DNA of 39,239 nucleotides from a virus: IMG/VR virus record IMGVR_UViG_3300002925_000022, positions 90,081 to 129,319 of that record; one strand, 5' to 3'. Shown piece by piece: positions 26,673 to 33,729 of this stretch (position 1 is its first letter; each line of letters starts with the position of its first letter). The notes under the pieces were generated by a model. It saw only the letters and a program-made list of their open reading frames with translations, ran no database searches and was not told where the DNA came from. The position numbers and the translations under genes were made by a program.

Positions 26673-27098
26673 CTATAGAACAGCGTAAAGGGGTATGCCA
26701 AAGAGGCTGTTGATTTCAGAGGCCATAGCAGCCGGATCATCACGGTTTCGCGCTATGATGTCCCTAAGATCTCTTTCTTTTTGCGCAGTCAAAGCCTGGA
26801 TATGTTCCCGGTAGTCTTTCTCAATCTTAGCGATTACCTCTTGGTATTTTTGATCAATCTCCCTTTGTCTCTGTATTTGTTCCTGTTGAATCTTTCTCAA
26901 TTCTTCCAAGTCTTTCCGATTCTGTTCTTGCTGGTTCCGAAATTCCTTCAACAATTGATCATACAAGGCAGACTTGTTCTTGGCCTGGATTATGGTATAA
27001 ACCATCCCTGCAAGGAGAAGAAGGAGGCCCCAATTTCCCTTAAGCCATGTTGCAGCTATTTTGAACCAGTTCCGAAGTTTGGTAAACCACATTGGCAT
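26673..27098 (-). CDS. N-terminal TM + coiled-coil protein (Rz/i-spanin-like)
   Basis: WGLLLLLAGMVYTII TM followed by a long Q/E/K/R heptad region. Confidence 0.6.
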   Translation of the reverse strand: MPMWFTKLRNWFKIAATWLKGNWGLLLLLAGMVYTIIQAKNKSALYDQLLKEFRNQQEQNRKDLEELRKIQQEQIQRQREIDQKYQEVIAKIEKDYREHIQALTAQKERDLRDIIARNRDDPAAMASEINSLFGIPLYAVL

Positions 27099-27190
27099 TT
27101 CTCTTGACTTCCATCACAACCTGAAGACTGGTTAATCTTTCCCTGCCCTAAAAAGCGTGGATTGCAAAGCACCGGGTTAACAACAACCCC

Positions 27191-27589
27191 TTAGTTTAGA
27201 GTTGGCGTTCCTTTCTTGGAGTCCCAGGCTTCCATGTCGGATTCTTCGGCTTGCTCGATGACTATTTCCATGCCATGGAGCATTTCTTCCACGGTTGTAT
27301 GGATAGCAACGACATGCTGTTCCAGCATTTCCTGTCGTTCAGCAAATTCTTTTTGCCTTGAAGCAAGGTGGTACACGGCTTTCTCAAGGTCTTGGAGCTT
27401 GCCAAGAATCATAAAGGCATTCTGGCGCTTTAGTTCTTCGGTTACAGCCTGGATCAGTTCAGGATTGGATTGGCCAGTGATCAAAGTCGATGGATGGTGG
27501 ACAGTGCGGAGTTCCTTTCTGACATGCTGTATGAACGTAACAGCACTCCTAATAAATTGGCCTACAATTCCCTTGAAATGATTTGCCAT
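27191..27589 (-). CDS. hypothetical coiled-coil protein
   Basis: RBS GAAGGT; 132 aa. Confidence 0.6.
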   Translation of the reverse strand: MANHFKGIVGQFIRSAVTFIQHVRKELRTVHHPSTLITGQSNPELIQAVTEELKRQNAFMILGKLQDLEKAVYHLASRQKEFAERQEMLEQHVVAIHTTVEEMLHGMEIVIEQAEESDMEAWDSKKGTPTLN

Positions 27590-27606
27590 TGTACACCTTC
27601 TGTTTA

Positions 27607-27936
27607 TTACTGTTTTTTCGTTCCCCTCATCTGTTCAATCAGACTGTATAGACTATCTTCATCTGTATGAACAATGCTGGGAGTATCACACTGCCCTTGG
27701 GCCGCTTTCGCTTCCAACAATAAATCGTGTAGCCGCTTATCTCCTGTGACCAACAGCTTTGTAAGGTACGAGAAAAATATCTGGGAGGAAAGACCGTGTT
27801 TCCACAGAATTCGCCGCATCTCAACCCATGTGAACTGGTTAAGACTCACATGAATGCTTTTCCTTTCCTCTGTCTCTTTCACGTTATCCAGCACCCCCAA
27901 TTCCAGTCCAAGCACCTGCCGCAGGCGGTGCCACAA
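27607..27936 (-). CDS. hypothetical protein, ribbon-helix-helix-like (start probably near 27894)
   Basis: RKSIHVSL...WVEMRRILWKHGLSSQIFFSYL beta-alpha-alpha pattern. Confidence 0.5.
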   Translation of the reverse strand: MWHRLRQVLGLELGVLDNVKETEERKSIHVSLNQFTWVEMRRILWKHGLSSQIFFSYLTKLLVTGDKRLHDLLLEAKAAQGQCDTPSIVHTDEDSLYSLIEQMRGTKKQ

Positions 27937-28528
27937 TTCCGCCGTTCTCTTGCGTCTCCCTTGGCGAGAGTTGGAACTGTGTCTCCAAGATCTCCATCAT
28001 CTGTCGGGCAATCCCTGCATCGTAGTTCTTTTCCACGTAAGCTCTGGCCCTATTCAAAATCGTAGTCCGAGGGTCCAAGAGGCCTTCATAGTTCAATACG
28101 AGTCTTGCCACAGACTGAGCAAAGTTTCTGATGTTAAATCTTGGATTTTCTACCGTTGGAGGTTGAGGCCTCACCCCACCGGCTGGAACAGCATCTCCAG
28201 CATCAGCACTTCCAGCATCAGCACCTCCAAGAACAGGATCAGCACCTGTACCCGCTGTTGCCAGTTCATCTCCTTCTGCTTCTTGAAGAAGACGAAGTGC
28301 CACTTTCTTGAACTCCATGGCCATCCCAAGGTCTGTGCCCGGAACGGCATAACTCTGTTGAGTTGGAAGGGATTCCTTTTCGTATTTCATGAGGTAGTTG
28401 TCTACCTTCATGTCTAGAGAGATATTTTGTGTCTCCAACGGCAAAGGTTGCGGGTCCGTTGGATCAATAGGTGCCCCATCCTCCAAAAGCATTTGAGATA
28501 CTTGCCTCAAAGTCTTCTTTCTCTTCAT
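27884..28528 (-). CDS. hypothetical (putative head-internal) protein
   Basis: MLLED and RLLQEAE motifs; SLDMKVDNYLMKYE...FAQSVARLVLNYE core. Confidence 0.7.
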   Translation of the reverse strand: MKRKKTLRQVSQMLLEDGAPIDPTDPQPLPLETQNISLDMKVDNYLMKYEKESLPTQQSYAVPGTDLGMAMEFKKVALRLLQEAEGDELATAGTGADPVLGGADAGSADAGDAVPAGGVRPQPPTVENPRFNIRNFAQSVARLVLNYEGLLDPRTTILNRARAYVEKNYDAGIARQMMEILETQFQLSPRETQENGGIVAPPAAGAWTGIGGAG

Positions 28529-28530
28529 TG

Positions 28531-29451
28531 TTACACCTTGTTCTGCTGGACACCAACCTGCATCTGCATAGCAGATCCAGGAACCGGTATTTGTTCGACA
28601 CCACCAGGATAAACTTGTTCTTTCCCAATAGGAGGAACATTGACTGCTTTGTCAAGCATCTTGGTAGGAATGTCGTCCACAAAGGGCCGAATCAAATACA
28701 AGTCCTTGATCTGGGCTCTTTCCGCAATGACCATCCTAGCTTCCACCACAGACCAGTTGATCTCCCGCATCATTGCGTTAATGTAGGAAGTCTTCTCAGT
28801 CTGGAAGTCGATAAAATAGGCATGTTCGTGCATGTCAAGAACCAGGATAGGAATACCGCCAAGAGGGACTCCCTTTGTATGCCCGCCAATCATAGCGTGA
28901 GCATACCGATCATTAAAAGGTTCATAGTACAGAACGGCCCAGCCCTGTCCTGCTGCTTCTGCAACAGCCCGGAAATCGAACTGCCAGTTCTCAAATGTTC
29001 CCCAGTCCCGACTAAGACGCATAAACGGCAGAGAATCTCTGTGGATTTGACTGTGTTGGTCTGAGATGTTCCCAAAGTACAGTTCGTGCAGCTTCACAGA
29101 GTTGAGGTTCATAGCCTCGTCTCTCTTCAGGTGCCGAAGCCCTGTCACATCCTGACGGCTCACCGTATCCAGCTTCGCAGAGGCAACATTGAAATTGTCA
29201 ATATAGTTCTTGTAGAGCTTCTCGTGAGCAGTCTTTGTTTTTCCCGAAAGCCACTGGGTTTTCAAAATAAAAGTCTTCGGAAGCGCCACAAATGCCTCCT
29301 TTATGACTTTCCGCCCCGCCTCTATGGCTTTTTCAGCAAAAGTCGGTTTGATCGTTCTTGCAGAAACACCTGCCTTTCGTAGAGACTCCTGAATGGCTTT
29401 CTTCGCCACTTCCTTTAAACGTTCCTCTGTAATTGTTTCCTGCTTGTTCAT
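28531..29451 (-). CDS. Fe/Mn superoxide dismutase family protein with N-terminal leader
   Basis: AHEKLYKNY, LHELYF, GWAVL and PILVLDMHEHAYFIDF...INW (all four metal ligands present); TATTTA 5 nt before ATG 29451. Confidence 0.88.
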   Translation of the reverse strand: MNKQETITEERLKEVAKKAIQESLRKAGVSARTIKPTFAEKAIEAGRKVIKEAFVALPKTFILKTQWLSGKTKTAHEKLYKNYIDNFNVASAKLDTVSRQDVTGLRHLKRDEAMNLNSVKLHELYFGNISDQHSQIHRDSLPFMRLSRDWGTFENWQFDFRAVAEAAGQGWAVLYYEPFNDRYAHAMIGGHTKGVPLGGIPILVLDMHEHAYFIDFQTEKTSYINAMMREINWSVVEARMVIAERAQIKDLYLIRPFVDDIPTKMLDKAVNVPPIGKEQVYPGGVEQIPVPGSAMQMQVGVQQNKV

Positions 29452-29524
29452 AACCCTAAATAGGATCACCCCCGAAAGGGCCAACAGTGGAAGGGAAAGA
29501 ATTCCACTAAGGAAACTAGAAAAT

Positions 29525-30691
29525 TCAGGGAGCTGTTATGGTTTGACCTAACTTGGAATGTAGGTTCAACAAGTCTGCGTTGGTCAGAACTGGATCCGGT
29601 TCCCCGGTTGGGCGTAGAAACGCCATTTGCATGGCGTTGGCCGCTTCTTCTTCGTCCTTAAGCCATTCGTCTCGCCACCCGTCGATTTTGTTGGCGATAA
29701 GAAACTTTCTTTTCGCTTGATTGATCCCAAAGGTGACTTCCGCCTTGTCCCGGATTTCCTGAATCACATTGGACGGAACAACAATTCCCTCCTTTACCTT
29801 CTTCACCATTACATGATTCTTGTTCAATTCGATTCTACAAGAGAGGGTTTTATCGGCCATAACTTCATCCAGAAGTTTTTGAGTTGGGTCTTCCTTCTCC
29901 TTGATATACATGTTGACAGGCATCATGAGCCAGAGCGTGTATCTCTTCAAGAAGGAACGAGTGACCGTAGGCCGCTGAAGCCAGATTTTGGCAAGTGCTT
30001 TCCAGAATTTGTTCAAATTACGGTTATAACGTGTATTCTTTCCATTTGACCATGTAAGTTCGTATTTCCAAGTGTCTACAAACCCCAAAAATAACCCACG
30101 GTCGCCGGATTTTGTCTCATAAACCGTGCCAACCTTGAATTTCTTTAAAGGGATGGTAGAGAGGATGGAACGCGAACTGGCTTCCAGCAAGGCTGTGTAA
30201 AGGTCTGAACCCTTGCGGATAAGCTTCATTTCAGATTCCACCACGGCCCAAAGGTATTTCCCACCCAGAAGTCCCCCCGGCAAAATACCTTCTGTTTTCA
30301 TTGTGTCTAGGAACACATCTGTTTGAATATCAAAGCAAAATCCATCAGGGGTGACTACCCTGTAGACAGGCTTGTTATAGCCTCGGAAATCTACATTAAC
30401 AACCCGAAGACCGGAGAATGGCTTGTTTTCCTTTGTCGTCTGACCTACCTGAGCTATTTGTACATTAGATTTGGATTTGGGATCCCAATCATAGCAACGT
30501 TCATTGGCCCATGACTTAGCCATTGCGATTGCTTTTTTATTGTCTGTGTCACAACAGATGGCAGGCACAACCACAGTGTAAATGCGCTCGTGTTCTGACT
30601 CTATAACCCCCTCCCAGGCTTGATAGACCTTTTCAGGACCAGCGTAAGTGTAAACAACTTCAGTCGGAATAAACCCTGTACGTACCTTCAT
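29525..30691 (-). CDS. hypothetical phage protein
   Basis: 388-aa ORF; no motif recognised. Confidence 0.7.
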   Translation of the reverse strand: MKVRTGFIPTEVVYTYAGPEKVYQAWEGVIESEHERIYTVVVPAICCDTDNKKAIAMAKSWANERCYDWDPKSKSNVQIAQVGQTTKENKPFSGLRVVNVDFRGYNKPVYRVVTPDGFCFDIQTDVFLDTMKTEGILPGGLLGGKYLWAVVESEMKLIRKGSDLYTALLEASSRSILSTIPLKKFKVGTVYETKSGDRGLFLGFVDTWKYELTWSNGKNTRYNRNLNKFWKALAKIWLQRPTVTRSFLKRYTLWLMMPVNMYIKEKEDPTQKLLDEVMADKTLSCRIELNKNHVMVKKVKEGIVVPSNVIQEIRDKAEVTFGINQAKRKFLIANKIDGWRDEWLKDEEEAANAMQMAFLRPTGEPDPVLTNADLLNLHSKLGQTITAP

Positions 30692-30731
30692 ACCCTAAAG
30701 ATAGCACGAAAGGGAAAATGTGGAAATCATT

Positions 30732-31817
30732 TTACTCGCTAGCCTTCGTTTCAACAACCTGAATGGAAGAGGGAAAGGTTTTTAGACCAAATTGGTCTTT
30801 CTTGAATTTGCCGACGATGATGTCATTCTTTTCATACACCAAATCGGTCTCCTCGTTGAAAGACCAAACCTTGCATGGCCGTTTTGTTCCCGACTCGCCA
30901 TGAAAAGTCACTCGAAGAAATTGCTTGCCGGTTGAACTGGTATCCACCGTGCATTTGTCAATGATAGCCCAGTAAAACCTGCCCTCGTCCGCAAAAGAAT
31001 CAATGGACTCAACCTTGTTGCGGGCAAAATAGTCCATTATCTTGGGTGTTACCACCAAGGACATATCAATCTGACCAGTCAGTTCCTTTGAGTGAACAAT
31101 CTTCTCGTCCGTGGTCCAATCCTCGGGTTCAGTTGCCACTACATTCTTGACAATTGCCTCCAATTCGGCAACCACATCATTGTTCTTTTTTCGTGCGGAA
31201 ATTTTCTTCAGTTTATCGTAGTTGTCAATGAAAACTGTATACATCTGCTTGTAGTTCGCAAAGGTCTTCCCTGGACCTACCAGTCCCATGCTTTCAAAGG
31301 CTTCTGCCTTGATCAGATTTGCAAACGTTCGTTTGTTGAACTTGCTGTGCCTCCAGGATCCGTCTGGATTGACAATAAGATCCCTTGGCTGAGTGTATGG
31401 CCTGTACCTCTTGATCTCGTACAGAGCCGCCTTCCCCACCCCCTTAATCGCCGAGAAAGAGGGGATCAAGACACGTTCTGAATTCATGGAGAAGTTATCT
31501 TCCGAGTGGTTGATGTCTGGCTTCCCCACCTTGTAGCCAAGAGAACGAGCCTCCATCAAAGCCACAGACTTCGGATCCTCACCAGAAGCACTCTTGCCCT
31601 TCCCGACCGTAGCAAAGTCCAAATAGGAAGCAATCCACTCATCTGGATAATAAGTCTGGAACCATGCACACTGATAGGACGTGATGGCATAAGCCATGGC
31701 GTGGCTATTAGAGGTAAGTGCTCCATTTGCTAGATAAAATTGGTGATCTGGATGATCCACCTCTAGATCATAGGCTTGATGCTTCCCGACCGGCTTAAAA
31801 GATACGATTTTAACCAT
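30732..31817 (-). CDS. dnaE: DNA polymerase III alpha, fragment 3 (split intein C-part 2 + C-terminal HhH/OB region)
   Basis: MVKIVSFKPVGKHQAYDLEVDHPDHQFYLANGALTSN (IntC, 31817-31707), then SHAMAYAITSYQCAWFQTYYP, PDINHS and SAIKGVG. Confidence 0.93.
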   Translation of the reverse strand: MVKIVSFKPVGKHQAYDLEVDHPDHQFYLANGALTSNSHAMAYAITSYQCAWFQTYYPDEWIASYLDFATVGKGKSASGEDPKSVALMEARSLGYKVGKPDINHSEDNFSMNSERVLIPSFSAIKGVGKAALYEIKRYRPYTQPRDLIVNPDGSWRHSKFNKRTFANLIKAEAFESMGLVGPGKTFANYKQMYTVFIDNYDKLKKISARKKNNDVVAELEAIVKNVVATEPEDWTTDEKIVHSKELTGQIDMSLVVTPKIMDYFARNKVESIDSFADEGRFYWAIIDKCTVDTSSTGKQFLRVTFHGESGTKRPCKVWSFNEETDLVYEKNDIIVGKFKKDQFGLKTFPSSIQVVETKASE

Positions 31818-31921
31818 TACTCAATAACCTCATCGTCGCTTTGAAAGCTGGTATTCCGTATCCTGATGATACATCCAGCCCCATTTGAACAAAACAAGAA
31901 TTAGGCGCTCGAAGATGCGCC

Positions 31922-33652
31922 TCAATCTCTTGACGTAGCTGATTGAGACACTTTGGAATCCTCTGAAGTTGCATCAACCACGATATCCAACCCCTGTTCC
32001 AGGATCATCCATACCGGCAACATCCTGCCGTCTGCAACTCGAAACTTATGATCCATCGTGCAAGTAACCACAGTCCCATTATCCAAGGCGAATTCAAACA
32101 ATTCAAGGACACCATGATCGTGGCGAGCCTTAACCTCTACGAACACTTCCTGTTTCGTAACTTCATCCCTGGAACGAAGATACTCCCCTGTTACAACTTC
32201 TTCAATCTGTTTCGTGGCCACAAATTCGCCTTCTTTCGTGTAAGTCTGCACGAGTGTTGAAGATAGCAGGGATTTGTTGAATCCGTAAGCTGTCCACTTC
32301 TCGAAATCCTTCCAGACCTCTTCGGCATCACTCTGGGAAATTCCAGAATGAACCATGGAGTCCTGGACAAACTTCTTACCGAGTTCCTCAATGTCCTTCT
32401 TTTGCCTCTCAGCGTTGGCCTTGTCCTTCTTCGTGAAGGCCTTTCTGATGCTGTCCGTGTCGTCCAGGTGCATACCCGAAAGCTTGTTGACGATGAGTTG
32501 GAGCTGTTCTTGGAAAATCAAGAGCCCACCTGTGTAGCCTAGGACTTCCTTAAGGACAGGATGTAGGTAACGGACTTTGTTTGGGTTCTTCCTGTTCTCA
32601 AGGTAAATGTTATGTGCCCCCAGCCCCATGGGACCAGGACGGAAGATAGAGGTTGCAATGGCAATATCCAAAATAGAAGTCGGCCGCATTTCCTTCATAA
32701 ACCGTTGGACATTCTCCTTTGCAAACTGGAATATGCCTGCATATCGGCCTTCCCAATAAACATGCTTATAGACCTTTAGGTCGTCCAAGCTATTGTTGTC
32801 TGGATGTAGGTTCTGATAGAACCACTGGTTGATGTCTGCTTGTGAGACATACTTCTTCCCCTGCTTCTGAAGAATTCGACGAATTGTTTCCTCGAACATC
32901 CGCAAAGTTCCAAGTCCCAAAACATCAAACTTTAGAAGCCCAAAATCCTCTAGGTGACGGGCAGCAATCCCTTCTGGCCAAGGGGTTTGGAGCCCGCCTT
33001 TGGCCTTGATGAGAGGCATAGCCTCTCGGGGGTTGTTGGTGATAATCACACCACCAGCATGTCTTCCAACATTTCGCTGTTGTTTCCACAACACGTCCAA
33101 GGTGTCCTGGAATCCGGGGAACTTGGAGGCCACATTCTTCGCGAATTCTTGGAAAGAAGCCGAATGCTCAGCAAGGTCTTCAAAGGTCAGTTCGTACTGG
33201 GCGGCATCAAAACCCGCTTCGGCCTTCTTCACAGCCATAACCTCGGGGATCATGGTCGTGGTGTACCTGTTCACCACCTCAAAGGGCACATTGTAGAGCT
33301 TGCACAAGTCCTTGATGAGAGACAAGGGCTTCAAGGCAGCAAAGTTACTAACAGGAATGACATTTTCCTCTCCAAAGAAATCCTGAAGAAGATGAACAGC
33401 CTTATCCCGATCAGCAAAATCAGAGTCAATGTCCGGGAAGACCTTTTTCTTCCGAGTCAAGAACCGTTCAAATAAGAGATCATGTTTGATAGGGTCCATT
33501 TGAGTAATGTTCAAAACATAAGCCAGGAGAGAACCCCCAGCCGAGTTATGAACGCCCTTCCCTTCGACACTATAAGTGTGAGACTCGGAGACGGTCAGGT
33601 CATGAACCTTCCCCTTATATGGGAACACTGACTTTTTTACCAATCGTGCCAT
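31922..33652 (-). CDS. dnaE: DNA polymerase III alpha, fragment 2 (IntC-1 + catalytic core + IntN-2)
   Basis: IntC MARLVKK...VHDLTV...GVHN (33652-33545); extein SAGGSLLAY, LLFERF, PDIDSDF, HAGGV, KFDVLGL, RPGP, FQEQ, AYGFNK; IntN SLLSSTLV...TMDHKF (32272-31925). Confidence 0.95.
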   Translation of the reverse strand: MARLVKKSVFPYKGKVHDLTVSESHTYSVEGKGVHNSAGGSLLAYVLNITQMDPIKHDLLFERFLTRKKKVFPDIDSDFADRDKAVHLLQDFFGEENVIPVSNFAALKPLSLIKDLCKLYNVPFEVVNRYTTTMIPEVMAVKKAEAGFDAAQYELTFEDLAEHSASFQEFAKNVASKFPGFQDTLDVLWKQQRNVGRHAGGVIITNNPREAMPLIKAKGGLQTPWPEGIAARHLEDFGLLKFDVLGLGTLRMFEETIRRILQKQGKKYVSQADINQWFYQNLHPDNNSLDDLKVYKHVYWEGRYAGIFQFAKENVQRFMKEMRPTSILDIAIATSIFRPGPMGLGAHNIYLENRKNPNKVRYLHPVLKEVLGYTGGLLIFQEQLQLIVNKLSGMHLDDTDSIRKAFTKKDKANAERQKKDIEELGKKFVQDSMVHSGISQSDAEEVWKDFEKWTAYGFNKSLLSSTLVQTYTKEGEFVATKQIEEVVTGEYLRSRDEVTKQEVFVEVKARHDHGVLELFEFALDNGTVVTCTMDHKFRVADGRMLPVWMILEQGLDIVVDATSEDSKVSQSATSRD

Positions 33653-33701
33653 GAACTTACCACTCTTCCTTTACTGTTTGTAAAAGTTTATAGGAGAAAA
33701 C

Positions 33702-33729
33702 ATCCTAACCCTAGCATGAAGGCTGTCAA
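33702..33729 (-). promoter_or_regulatory. sigma70-like promoter TTGACA-N16-TAGGAT for dnaE fragment 2
   Basis: The -35 overlaps the TGA stop of fragment 1; purine-rich RBS AAGGAAGAG before ATG 33652. Confidence 0.45.

Noticed and set aside
31818-31921. Homing endonuclease between dnaE fragments
   Set aside because: Only a 24-codon ORF (MGLDVSSGYG...) fits, with no nuclease motif.
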